NCBI GenBank assembly: GCA_020137815.1
Contig: CM035354.1
Span: 1,364,001 to 1,428,000, forward strand
DNA length: 64,000 nt
Source: Hormiphora californensis
Lineage: Eukaryota; Animalia; Ctenophora
Reading direction: 5' to 3'
The notes beneath the pieces are model-generated. The model saw only the letters and a program-made list of their open reading frames with translations, was not told where the DNA came from and ran no database searches. Each line of letters begins with the position of its first letter. Position 1 is the stretch's first letter. The position numbers were made by a program, and so were the translations under genes. Shown here piece by piece: positions 13,617 through 26,965 of this stretch.

Positions 13617-16600
13617 TCATTGAGAAGATACAAATGTTTTAGGTATCTTATACTCAGTTAACAGAAGTTTAGTAGCATGTTTCCTCGCATCACCCTGTAC
13701 GAGCACCTCCTCACCCTTCACACCCTGCACTACACACGCACTGGACGATTGTAGTAGTTGGAGTTTTTGGGCCAGCTCCTTGCCCTCTATTCCAAAGATT
13801 GAAAAGTTTGAGATGAGGGTCACCACTTTGTTTCCCGTCCTTTTCTCCACCTTGTACTGTATTGGAGGCAACTTTCCCTTTACAGTAATGGGAATGCGAC
13901 CAGGGAGAGAGATCACGTAACACTGCCCAAAGGCTTGCTCCGCTCTTTGCATCACATCGTTCCATTTGCATCTCACGTCCTTGATCTTGGAAAGATCTGC
14001 TAGGTGAGGGTCTAGGGTTATCCGTGATTTGTCGCCATCCAGAACGAGGTTTTGTTGTCGGATGTAGTTAGTTAGACTTGCTCTGATTTCCTTCCGTGTG
14101 AGGATGTCACCCTTTTTATAGCCTGCGGAAACAGAGGTTTTTGTAGCCTGTGTGGAAACATAAGTTGAGAAAGAGGGATTTATTTCTTGGTCTGACAGTA
14201 ACATAATAAGAACTGTGCAAAAGCTAGACCGTATCATATGAAACAATGAAAGCTGCAAAACCTACCAAACTTAGAAAAGAATTTAGCAGCATGTGCGTTA
14301 CAAGTGAATGCCTGAACAACAGCTATATCTTCCTCCTCTTCATCCTCCTCCTCCTCCTCTTTCTCCAGTCTCTTGATACCACGAAGTAGCAGGTGGGTGA
14401 AGTTGATTTCAGTGATACTCTGTACACCTGGGCGAGGGGGGGGGGGGGTCATGGGAGTGGGGTTATACACTGTATAATATACAGTGAGGATGGGAGATGT
14501 GTTACGGAGGATCAAACATTAATATTGGAAGAGTGGCCATCCCTTTTAGTATCAGAATGGAGGATAATCTAATGAGAAGAGTGTCTCAATTCTTGCTTGC
14601 TTGTTCTTTATGTTCTAACCCTCGGAGTGATAGGGTCGAACAAGGCAAACCTTTCTTCTGCTCCTTCACGGTTAGTAATCCAGTCTCCTGTAGTTCCTTC
14701 AGGAGTGTCCCCAACTTCTTCCACTTGGTATGCTTTATCTCAACTTGGTGTTCACAGCATCCCTAAATAATGGTTTGGTAACAAAGTTACCCCTCCCTTG
14801 CCAGCACGCGAAGGGGTAAATAACGGTTTGGTAAGAATTAATCAGTGCCAGTTGCAACCCTACAACTTATGGGAAGCAACATATGCTAACATGTCAAATG
14901 TTCTGTTCAGAAAACTGAATTATTGCACTGGAGAAGGTTGGCGACAGCCTCCAGTGTTTACGAATAAAAGGATTACTCACCTTTACATGCTGACTATAAA
15001 AAGCGCTCGTTAAAATAGGCAGATCCGTCTTCTTGATACTTGTCTTAATGGCCCGATAACATCCCTCTAATAGTATCTGGTCCTTGTTTAACTCCTCCTC
15101 TTCTTCTTCTACTGTTGCTTCCATTTCTCCGAGTTGTTCAGTTATCTCTGTTACCCCATCTTGCTCCTCAGAGGCGGTAGTGGGTTGCTCATCTTCAACT
15201 CTGGTTTCTTCAGCTAAAACTGTAAAATGGTAAGTGGTTTTAGTTGCCAACAATTTGAAGTAGTTTCTCTCTAATTTCGTCGAGAGCATAACACTTGCCT
15301 TGTTTGAACAAAACAACATTTCAAACAATATAAACCTACCAGGGAATTCTTCTTGAGACTGTGAAACATTATAATCAGGTAGCGGGAGCTGCGGCATCTT
15401 ATCTTTAGGTCCAAAATGCCACAGTTGATCAAGATAAACTTGGTAGACAATAATCCCCTTGCCTTTCATGCCTGCTGCCAAGGCCTCTCCCCTGCCCACT
15501 GCCCAAATACCTACTGCCATAGCTGCTCCTGAGTTAGTCGAGCATACTGAGACTACCTGGAGAGGGAGAGTAACGGTTTGAGGACCATCAGGCGAGCCAA
15601 GTCTTGAATTGACCAAATTGCAGTCCCGCTTTTTGAAGCCACAACTCGGGTCCGCGCGTCATTTTGGCGCTTCTACAGGAGTTCCAGGGGGGCCTTTCAG
15701 TTTAAGAGTGTCTTCGCGCGTTACAGTCAGAGTCTAGTGAGCTTGTCGGCAACACTGGGACACAAAATGTGTCGCAACGCCACAGTTAACATTAATGAAT
15801 TAATATTCTATCGATAATGAATCATGAAACATGATGATGAGTTGATAAACACAGTTCACACAACATTCTCTACTCACATCTCCAGCCTGCCAGTCAGCAG
15901 GTAAAGAATGGTGAAGTATGCCTGGTAACATAACATCAGCTCCACCAACAAGCCTATCCAGAACATTTAGGGGCACCATAACACGGGGCACTGGGGAATA
16001 CGATGTTACACATTTGGACTGGTGCCAATATTAATCACTTACACAGATCAGGCACTTTCCAAAGTGTGTAGACAGTTGGGATTGGGATTTCACCTTCCAG
16101 GGTCACAAACATTGGTGTCTTATCGAGGCAGTGAACCTGGAAAATACACACTTATTGTTGAAAAATGTAGAGAGCTAAAAACTTAACTGAACTGTTCGTA
16201 CTGCCTCGACAGTCTACGTTAAAAACGGTTCAAAAACATCTCCCGTATTGAATCCTTGAGTGCTCGGATGATAGATGCGCTCTTCAAAAACTAACTACCT
16301 CAATCATTCCCAGGGTTGTATCATGGGGTAGAACTCTAGTGATTGTAATGTTGGCCTTGTTGCTAAGTAGCTCACTAATCTCAGGGTGACTGGAGAAACA
16401 TTGCTCAACTAGAGCACGGAACTTCTTCCTGTTGTGGAAATATTTGGGTCAGGGGATTTGGGTCAGGGGATTTGGGTCAGGGGATTTGGGTCAGGAGATT
16501 TGGGTCAGGGGATTTGGGTCAGGAGATTTGGGCCAGGGGATTTGGGTCAGGAGATTTGGGTCAGGGGATTTTCTGTTCGAGATTTGGGCCAGGAGATTTG

Positions 16601-16875
16601 GGTCAGGAGATTTGGGTCAGGAGATTTGGGTCAGGGGATTTGGGTCAGGGGATTTGGGTCAGGGCCCAGGGGATTGGAGTCAGGAAGTTTTCTGTTACAG
16701 ATTTGGGCCAGGAAATTTTGACTCTTTTAAATTTCACCGTGCAGTGAGACAGTGTCGAACAAGGTCATGGGATTTCGTTAAAGGAGATTGGACCCCAGGA
16801 GATTTTTAGTTTCACTTACTTCTCTGAAGATTTTAGCTGAACGCTGGACTTTACTCGAAATGATTTGATAAACAT
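13617..16875 (-). CDS. EIF2D: Eukaryotic translation initiation factor 2D (ligatin)
   Basis: First exon MFIKSFRVKSSVQLKSSEK, then PTVYTLWKVPDL, PUA motif LVGGADVMLPG, SWIB-like region (LTNYIRQQNL..ITLDPHL) and C-terminal SUI1 (KVEKRTGNKVVTLI..EVLVQGD). About 10 exons; stop at 13617-13619. Confidence 0.93.
16441..16720. repeat. 15-bp minisatellite (GATTTGGGTCAGGRG) in eIF2D intron 1
   Basis: Direct inspection. Abuts the exon-2 acceptor at ~16429. Confidence 0.95.
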
Positions 16876-17269
16876 TTGAACATTGCTAAAACAAGTTTAG
16901 TTTGATTAAAAGGGAGATATGTAATCACTTGACCTGGTTTAGAGTTTGTAGCCAAATCTCATATAATTATTAAATCTTACGTGATTCAGTGTAGGTGAAG
17001 TTGGAGGGCTGGTGAGTGAGCTGTAGATCTTGTGTTCTGATAAAATGTCATCAATCTATTTGGGAGAGAGGGAGAGTGAGTGTTGATGGAAGGGGGGGGG
17101 GGGGCTGTGAAAGGGTTATAAATAATGACACACTCATCTGTATGAAATATAAATGAACATGAAATATGATAATGAATGAACACGTTGAACTGTCCACATC
17201 CAATTTAAGAGGAAGTAGCCAGGGACTTGAGAGCCTCTTATCTCTCCAACTCTCTCTCTCTCTCTCTCT

Positions 17270-18310
17270 TCACAGCCCTGTAATGCCCGATGCAATATTG
17301 AGTTTCATAAATTGAAGCTCATTGAACAAGACTGTGGTAGACTGTAAAACCTCGTAACTGAGGTATGGTAGTAAGTCAGGTCGAGTTCAAGCTGTTAGGT
17401 GTTGAACATTCCACCATATAATGGCAATTCCATCAAAATTCTAACCATATTTTTTACGTTACAGGTTTTATCGAAGATGTTGACGAAGGTGAAGTTAGAT
17501 AAATCTTCAAATCTCCATCCAATCTCTGTAACCACTGACCAGATGAGTCCCCCGTGTAGCTCCCTCCAATGATCCTCACCTGTGACCCAGAGTGCTCTCA
17601 ACATTCAACAACGAAGGCATCAAGTGTCCCGGGGACAGCAGCTCTTTCCCCCTCTCGTTCGACCCTCCAGTCCTTCTGAACAGATCGTCGAAGTTTTCTG
17701 CCATCTTCTCTAATCTCTCTCCACAGGCCTAATTGCCGATGCAATGTTCACTTTCATAGATTGAACCTCATTGAACAAGACTGTGGTAGACTGTAAAACC
17801 TTGTGTAACGCATTGCTAATAAAGATAAACTCAAAATCGTCCATTTGCCTCAAGAAACCTGTGGCCTGGGACTTGCTTGAATCATCAAAGCCCCCCCTAA
17901 CAATGGTGTGGAAGGTCTCTTTCAGTTTGTCCCTATTCAGTATCACATATGAAACAGCTCTCGAACGGTAAGACCAACGTGTTTCGCTGCTGGTGGGGGG
18001 ATGGCTGCATTTTAACACATCAGATCTGAGTGGTGATGAGTGGAAGTAGCTTGCCAGGGACTTGAGAGTAACCAGGGACCTAGTGCACTCATTACTCAAT
18101 AGAATTTCCAATTGAATCACCGAGTCGATGAGCCATACAATGAGTGTAGCTAGCTATTGGAACATCCTTCCTAATCAGGGCTTGGAGTCCAGCATGAATT
18201 CCGGACACAAGGGAGGCCCCATCGGATATCTGATTAGTCCCCCCTGGCATCCTTGTGAAGGGTATAATTGTGAGGGTGAGCAAAGTAGCTGTTAAAAGTA
18301 ACCACACCGA
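17270..18310 (-). mobile_element. Degenerate hAT (ZMYM1-like) transposase
   Basis: Frameshifted pieces DGASLVSG..GLQALI..YTHCMAHRL (CxxH) and SETRWSYR..FEFIF..LFNEVQS. A partial duplicate lies at ~17212-17355. Confidence 0.8.
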
Positions 18311-18469
18311 GGAGCAGCTCCTTTTCAGACGCGGTTAAAAATGTCGCACCATTTATCAGCGGGACCTCAAATAGCAGGTGGTTGGCACCTTTCTCAATGA
18401 CCGGTTGTCGCCGAATCCTTGTTTGAACCTAAGAAAATTGTTTTATGTTAGACCAGTTTTGTACTTGTT

Positions 18470-19665
18470 TTAAACTTTCCAACCTAACCCCGTACATTCC
18501 CCAGGATTTACCCGATGGTATATGTGGACGATATACGTGGCAAGTTTGTTGAGGACCGGGTGGCCTGGGGCTGGGGTTGCCACATACAGTCTAATCATCC
18601 TATATAATGCAGTCGTAAACCATCTGACGTTGTGGATTTTAGCAATCCTGAGTCCTTTCAGGTCCTCGGAAATCTCCTCCGAACCTGAACAAAAATGGTT
18701 AGTCAAACAAGAAAACTTAGATTTGAGAGCTAGTTAAAAATTACCCCCAATTACCCTAGTATCAATCACTTGATCCTCTCGTCGCTCACCTTTCGTTGCA
18801 GCCATTCGGGTGCGCTTATAATAGGGATGTACCTAGTAATCTCCCGATCCCACAGGTCCGTTGATAGTTCTTCCTCGATTGTGTCCCAACCATTGGGGTC
18901 TTTCGCAGGACCCGAGAGACCGACATCAGACTTCGTAAAAATCCCCAGATCCTCAGTCAAGTGTTTGAATGGCAGTTCATTGTGGTGGATCAAGCACACA
19001 TTGAACTGGAGCGTTCTCACGGCCAGGGACTGAAAATGTGCCAGCGCTCCCACTTCCCTTCCAAGCAGGATACCCCGTGCAGGAAGTTGGGGCATACATT
19101 GGAGATGTACCAATGGGTGGTTGTGACCATATCCCGGGACCAGGCAGGACACCCCTGACCCCATGCAGGAAGTTAGGGCATACGTTGGAGATGTACCTGA
19201 AACATGGTATAGGTGTTACATTTTCATGAGAGGATGGAATTTACAAAAACAAGTACTTGGTGATATCAGTATATTGAAAGGGAAATATCACTTACGCCAT
19301 TCGTTTCCTGCCGGGGTCCTCCTCCATGGACACGGAAGAGGAGCGTTGAATCTGACAAACAACTCTCTCTGACACCGGTCGTTAGTGCCATTTCAATCCT
19401 TGTTGAAGAACCTTGGCTTGTGTAGCACCTCTATACAGGACCCTACTGTCTCGACAATAGCCTCTGATCCTGCGATGGATAGCAGTTTGACCAACACCTC
19501 CCTCAGGCCAATGGGACATTTCTTCTCGCGGATTATCTCCTGGAGGCGCCGATCAAATGGGATATGAGCAGGGTAGTCAACAATATCCGCTTTTAGTTGG
19601 TCCACCGCTTCCGGCCGCAGATGACTGAAAATAGAAAGGGTTAAAATCAGTTTTGGCAATGACAA
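18470..19665 (-). mobile_element. Fragments of further hAT-superfamily-like transposases
   Basis: LQFNVCLIHHNELPFKHL (CxxHxNE), HNVRWFTT..IRLYV, and SEAIVETVGS resembling a hAT dimerisation motif. Fragmented and interrupted. Confidence 0.55.
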
Positions 19666-20092
19666 AAAATTCCTAAAAATGAAATTTCATGAAACCTCCG
19701 GACCGGAAACATATCCAATATACATGAAAATTTGGGATTGACATAGAAAATACCCAAAAAACATTTTAGTTGCCTTGTTCGACCCTAAAATAAAAAGGTT
19801 TGAACAAAACAACATTTTAGCAAAGTCTCAGCACCAGCAGAAAATTCCTTCTGGTAGTTTTGATGCCAAAAACACACTTCCGGGGGTGCTAGAGCTCCAA
19901 AACCCCCAGGAACCTTGAATGAGGGTATAGAATAGTCCAAGTATCAAGTTTCATGACCTAATCTTGTCAACTTTTTTCTGGGTGAAGCCCAACGCTTGGA
20001 AAGATCCCATATGAACACCCTGTATGTTCAATCCACACAATTATTGTGCTTATAATAATAAATAAATTAGTATTATGTGGAATGCTACCTAC

Positions 20093-21345
20093 CTAATGCT
20101 AGTATGAAGAGCTTCAAGACCCAGGAGGAATTTGTAACGGTCAGTCAACTCTTTGTGTTGCTGAACATGCTCCTGGGACAACTGATTTTTTGCTCTTTTA
20201 CTCGCGTTCCTCTCTTTAGCCCTGTAGAACTTTTCGTACATAGTCGTTGAATCCTCTCATCTATCACTTTCTTATTCTCTTCCCTCCTCCGTCACAAGTG
20301 TGGAATTGGTGAATGGATTAACCACTACTATATTTGTCCCTGGACCCTGTGATACAATTACATTATCTAGGGACAGTAAACATGGTTGAAGAAAACAGTG
20401 AATTAGCATTGCTAATAGCAAAACATAAGTAAGACTAGGTCATGTGCCCTAGAAAATTTACAGACATACCGACAGATGCAGAGAGACTTACTGCTACTAG
20501 CAGACTGCTGTTGTTGGGTAGGGGGTTGAGGGCATACTGCAGGTACAGTCTGGTTCTCTGGCTCTGGCTTTCCTTTCCCAGTTCCCTTTACCGTGGTAGC
20601 AGCTGTCTCTGATGCTGTAGAGAAAGATTCCATATTTATTAAGGGGCCACCTTAAAATTAACGTAGTAGCTAGGGTATAACTGAATTACTTGATTGATAT
20701 AGAATTGCTATCAAAATCAAAATGGTACCCACCCTGGGAGTCACAGTCCGCAGGGTAGGTGATATCAATTTCACCACCCCAAAGATGTTCGTCCACATTA
20801 ACAGTTTTGTTGTGGTGGTCGATCTCCTCCATTATATTATTATTAAGCCTCCAAGTTTGGAAATATGCATTGCTAAGTGAAGTACAGATTGGTTATAAAG
20901 TTGATTAGTTTGATTTGATTTGGTTCGACTGTACCTCGCACTGCGCCCCGAAGGTGCCTGGCTCAAGTGGTACTGTTGTATCCGTCTGTCGTCGGTGACA
21001 TTGTCTTGAGCATAGCTCAGTAAGGTGTTCAGGTCTGTCTTTGTAGTTGTTTAGTTGTTTGTTAACGTATTTGTGTTGATTCTACCTTCCTTTGGATGTA
21101 TCCTTGTCTACGATGAGGGTAATGGGACATCTTATTCCTAATTCCTTGAACACGGCACAAGGCCTTTGCAGAAGATAGAAGTTCTGCCAAGATATAATGT
21201 GTGCCTGAAGGACAGATCTGTCATGTGGGACCCGTCCCACACCTACAGAATTTCCGACTTTCCCCCTAACTGGTCGGCCACATGTTCTGCGAAGTGCACA
21301 TTGATGACCACCCCTCCAATGATCCACTAACGTACTACCCATGGG
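20093..21345 (-). pseudogene. Unresolved spliced, disrupted coding remnants (possible decayed PHD-finger start CICRG..FHTC)
   Basis: Exon-like blocks ending in GT donors (~20935, ~20470, ~20093) with internal stops and frameshifts. No family confidently recognised. Confidence 0.25.
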
Positions 21346-21791
21346 TGATCAGGCCAGGAAATCTACTCTTCAGGAAACCCTGGACACATAACCGGCCGAG
21401 GAAAAAAGTGACAGAAACCGCCGAGGAAAAAGTCACAAATTCCAGCTGAAACGTGAACTAAACAAGGTCGCGCGGCGCGGTTTGTATTTGCGCGCTACCA
21501 CTGAACCTCGCGCTGAGATCTTCATCAGGTTGTCATCGCGCGTTCCGCTTTTCAACATTTCACACAGCGTACCGCCGTGTCACTGCAGCAGCAGCCTGCA
21601 AAATCGAACGATATCGAGGGAGACAAGAGAGATAACAATAAACCCGGGCAGCTTGGAAGTCGTAAAAACTAAAATGCAACATGAAAATCGTTTAAACACA
21701 TACACACACTGGAGCTGTAGTAGATAGAATACAATTAACATAGAATGTAAAAACACCCAGATATATCACTTCTTTTACACACACATTCATT

Positions 21792-24700
21792 TCAACTGCC
21801 AACCGTATTTTTCCTTCGTTTCAATTCCAAATGTTCATCAATGCGCTTTCTCAGGGAAAGGTGAAAATCTTGAATCACCTCAACCATACTAGAGTTTATA
21901 ACTTTAGCGGGGACAAAGGGGAGTTTGAGGTCACAGTTGACGACATAAGTTAGTTTGACTGATCCGTCTAGGTCCGGGAAGAAGACATAGCCACATGGCC
22001 CGTTGCAGCCTCTGGAGAGGGAGAGATAATGTCAATTAGTACAACACGAGGGTAGCAAACTTAACAACTTTTATGATGAAATTTACTGAAATGTTATATT
22101 TTACCTGACATATGACTTGGAGACAGGTTTTACAGGATCGTCTATGTCTCTGTTCACTATGAAGAACATGTCTCGCTCCTTTGCCCAGTATCGTAACGTC
22201 AGAAACTCTCTGGGTAAGAGAGGGATGTTGATTCAGCTTTGTGAGATGGGAGTGAGATTCTAGGGGTATTAATTCCAAATATAGAAGGGGATATGGGATA
22301 ATTTCAGCTCAATGTGCTGCAATAGGGGCATAGTATTATTATAGAGGATTGGATAAGGTGATATCTCTACCAAACCTTTCTAATTTCTATATTTGCCTCT
22401 TTCTCTCTCTTTCCATATCTATCGCTGACACACAATCCCAGTAATTGTGATGGTCATTTTGCTATGGGAAAGCCATACACACAACTCATCATTACACTCA
22501 AAACAATTCCACTCATTCGCTCTAGTATAGTCTCTCTCCTTCAACATTCAAAACATCAACACACACATATTCAGTCGTCTGTGGTTTAGACATACCTACA
22601 GAGAACACACAGAGACTAGAGATAGAGAAAAAAAAGAAGTAGAGAGAGACAAATAAGAAACAATCAAGCCACATCACCACGAACACCCATTAATTAATCC
22701 CCAATTTACTGCGTTTACCTGCTTTTAATAAGACCACCGGCTCCATCGACTCCAATACTGTAAATAATATCCATTCGTGAGTTTAGTCTCTCTACCTCTT
22801 CCAGCTGTGTGGGAAATGTTAAAAGTGTTAAAAGAGGGTGTTAAAATAATGAATGTATGAGTGTAACATAAATCATGAGGGCCTTCTCTATTTCTTGTAA
22901 TGTCATACTGGAATTATGCCCGCATTGAACTTGTTTTTATGTTCTAACAAGCTCGCGAAAAGGGGTTCGAGCTAGGCAATGAACTTGTATACCCCTAAAA
23001 TAATTAGGCTTGGGGTATCCCCTTTTTTAATGGAGAACGCAAGAGAGGGGGAAACTGTGCCTGATCGTAAACCAATATCTCACCTCGATAATGCCTTTAT
23101 TCCAGGACACTGCCCCGGAAATCTGTCTATACAAAACATCATATAAATCCTCAAGAGAACAGAAAAAGTTGGACTCGCTGAGAAATATCTTATTGGGCAT
23201 TTTCCGTTGTGCCCGACTGAAAACTTTGACCCCTTCTTTCTCTGACTCTGTTGTCCATCCGTCAGGCCAGAATACTGTTTCTCTTAGTTGTCCCATGGCA
23301 TCTACTGATACTTCGTAGAGCCTTTTACCCTGGATGGAGAGGAGGCGGTTAGAGAGATGGAGATTAGAGAGGGAAGTGAGATGCAGAGTTTCGGGCATCC
23401 ATCCAATGTCATGGGTAGTGGAGAAAACGTGATAAATAGCATGAATATTATGAGTCGAGTGCTGTAAATACACATATTTTGGGTGACAAGTCCCATGTTC
23501 ACAGTAAACAGTTGTAGTACATGTTAATATATATGCTACTCAAGAAGCAACTACAGACATTGGAATACACACTGGAAAGTAATCAGTGTTTTATATCGGA
23601 ACAAGATTTTTAATATCTTCTCTGGCTGATAATCTCACTTTCTCTCTCACACATACACGCCCTACTGTTTAACAGTGAAGGGGAAACATACAGCGGGCAG
23701 TGCAGGTCACGGTTGTGGAAGAATGGATTGGTTAAATATCAATGAATGAGATCTGTTCAGGATTAAATAGGGAGGAAAATTAGAAAAATATATCTGGCGA
23801 GGGCCGGGCTCGAACCGTCAACCTCTGGTTTTCGCGTCCATTGTTCTACCTCAATAAGTAGAGCAATGGATGCGAAACCCAGAGGTTGTCGGTTCGAGCC
23901 CGGCCATCGCCAGTTTTTTTTTCTAATTTTCCTCCCTACTTAATCCTGAACAGATCTCATTCATTGATAGTGTTTTATATCCATACAAAGCTTCTTCTAG
24001 GAGACACGTGTGAATTGTGAAAGCTACATGTGAATCTGACAATTGTAGGGGAATGTTATGAAATTGATATGTTCCAACTTACCCTGTAGTCTAAGTTTGA
24101 TACGTCCTCTGGTGGTAATGCAGCACCTGAAACAGAAGAAATAGAAGAAATAGGGTTACATATACCAGGAACTACATACCATATTAAATTATATCCCACA
24201 AATTATATCCCCTTTATCAAAAGATTATCTATGTTATTGTCCACCCCCACCCCCAAGTATTAGTATTATTATGGGCACCTGGTATGTGGATTGGGGAGAT
24301 TAACCCCCCCCCACCCCCACCCCCAAGTATTAGGTCCCCTGTTATTATTATGGGCACCTGGTATGTGAATTGGGGGAGCAGCGTGCCCCCCCACCCCCCC
24401 CCCAAGATCCCCTATATTGGATATTATTGTGGGCACCTCGTATGTGGATTGGGGGAGATTACCCCCACCCACCCCCCACCCACCCCCCTGTTATTATGGG
24501 CACCTGGTATGTGGATTGGGGGAGCGGCGTGTTTTCAAAAGATAATCTTTCTAGATTACCCCCCCCCCCCCACCCCCAAGTATTAGATCCCCTGTTATTA
24601 CTATGGGCACCTGGTATGTGAATTGGGGGAGCGGCGTGTTTTCTTTGATATTGTCCACCCCCCCCCCCCCCCCCACAAGTATTAGATCCCCTGTTATTAT

Positions 24701-25916
24701 GGGCACCTGGTATGTGGATTGGGGGAGATTACCCCCACCCCCACCCCCCAAGTATTAGTATTATTATGGGCACCTGGTATGTGGATTGGGGGAGCGGCGT
24801 GAACCCCCCCCCCCAAGATCCCCTATATTGGATATTATTATGAGCACCTGGTATGTGGATTGGGGGAGCGGCGTGAACCCCCCCACCCCCCCCCCCCCCC
24901 CCCCCGAAGATCCCCTATTATATTGGATATTATTATGAGCACCTGGTATGTGGATTGGGGGAGCAGCGTGTTTTCTTTTGGAACTTGACCTCAGCCTTCT
25001 AATCATCATCTAATGATGGGGCGCTGTGAGACAGGGTCGAACAGGGCAACTAATATGGCAGCTTGAATTGTTCAAACAGTAGGGAAACAGGAGACTCAAG
25101 CAAGAAGACAGTACCAAGCGGCTGGTAGCAATACAAAGTGAGAAAAGTGAAAGTGAGAAAAGTGGAAATAGTGCACACAGACATCGCATTTAGCAGTCTA
25201 CATATTCGACGTAGTGGGGATTATAATCGAATTTATTGAGAAAACTGGGAATAGAGAAAATACGGGCGATGCATCAGCACATGTAGGGAATGTATAACAA
25301 TGGATTACCCCAGATACACTGGATTATTTGAATATTTGGAGATCACAATTTCGACAATGGATCAAGAAGTATTATGGGCTGTGTAGTGTGTCACAGTGTT
25401 TGAAATATTAGAGTGAATATAGGCTTTATGCAGGTAGAATATACACGCTAATGAAGCAAAGAGAACTGCTGCAGCAGCTCATACAGTGCACGAGAGAGCT
25501 AATGTATAGTCCGAGATTGCAGGGAGAGAGGGAGAGAGGGAGAGAGAGAGAAACAGACTACAGAGAGAGAGGGGGAAATTAAGGTATAGCGAGAGAGAAA
25601 GGGAACTGTAAGATAACAATAAGGCAGCTGTGCAGTTAGCTCCCTTTCTTTTTTCCCAAGGAAATTTCACAACACTAAATCTGAAGGACGTCATAGGAAG
25701 TACGTCATAGGAACCTGAGATGCGACGTATCTCAGGTTTCTATGACGTCCAGAGCGAAAAAAAAATCGGAAAGACTGGTGAAGCAACAATTTACCAAACA
25801 ACTCAAAATGTGCTGGATCACCACAAAATACTGAAAATAGCTCTTAATTCACATCATCAGTACTGCACACACATCACGGACACAGCTCGCAGCTGTTTTA
25901 GGATCATCTGACAATT

Positions 25917-26003
<87 letters not shown>

Positions 26004-26909
26004 TAGAGATATCTATACTATAAAAGCGATTTAGCGCAGCTGTTAAAAAGTAGCAAAGAACTACGAAGTGTATCTCCCCACTCCACTGAGAGTAGTGTAA
26101 TAGACGCGTGTGTACGTTGTTGCTCCGATAATGATTAACATTAAACATCTCATGTTATAGCTGCTTAGTTGTACTTTTCTACTTTTCTACTTCTATGCCA
26201 ACTAAATTTGTTTTCTTAACTTCTAAATAGAGCGGGGATCGAAAAAATTGTGCTACATTTGTAACGGGTGCTATTATTGAAGTTTTTAAACAAGAAAAGA
26301 GACTCGAGAGAATATTCCGATTGACGCAAGCAATATATACTTATTGTTAATGAATGATTTCCGTAACATGTTTAAGCGTTGGCAGAAAAAGGCAAGTTGC
26401 CAAGGATTCCCAAAAAAATCAGGAGAAATAATCAAATATCACACCGAGTGTCATATTATCACACCACTATTACTGCACTACACTAACGAAACCCGAAGTT
26501 CGAGTCTACCACATGGAAAAAGAGATATAATAGACTATACCAAGCTTTGTACAATTGTACATTGTACAACTGACACCAAATAAAGCAGAATGAAAAAGAA
26601 AGTTCTATTGTGGATTACAAAATATTAGCAAAATAACAGCAAAATATTGTTTGGAGAACAGGAAATGGAAAAACGCTTATTAGAGAGATGGAGAGAGAGA
26701 AGCGGAGTGATAGGGAAATGAGACCGGCTTACACGCGAAGAGAGAGGGAGAGCCTAGTATTATAATTTATAATGACTGCAATTAGTAGAGTCTGCCATAA
26801 AGGAGAGCGTGAGGGAGAGGGAGATAGATACGATATAACACTGAAGATATCTGACAGCAGTCAGCTGAGTGGATTAATTGGAGAGAGAGAGAGGGAGGAG
26901 AGAGAGAGG

Positions 26910-26965
<56 letters not shown>

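Noticed and set aside
16432-16809. Gly-rich repeat ORFs in three frames
   Set aside because: 15-bp intronic minisatellite.
23875-23913. Functional tRNA gene
   Set aside because: The 5' acceptor strand is missing, the anticodon stem is mispaired and it is embedded in a palindrome. Treated as SINE-derived.
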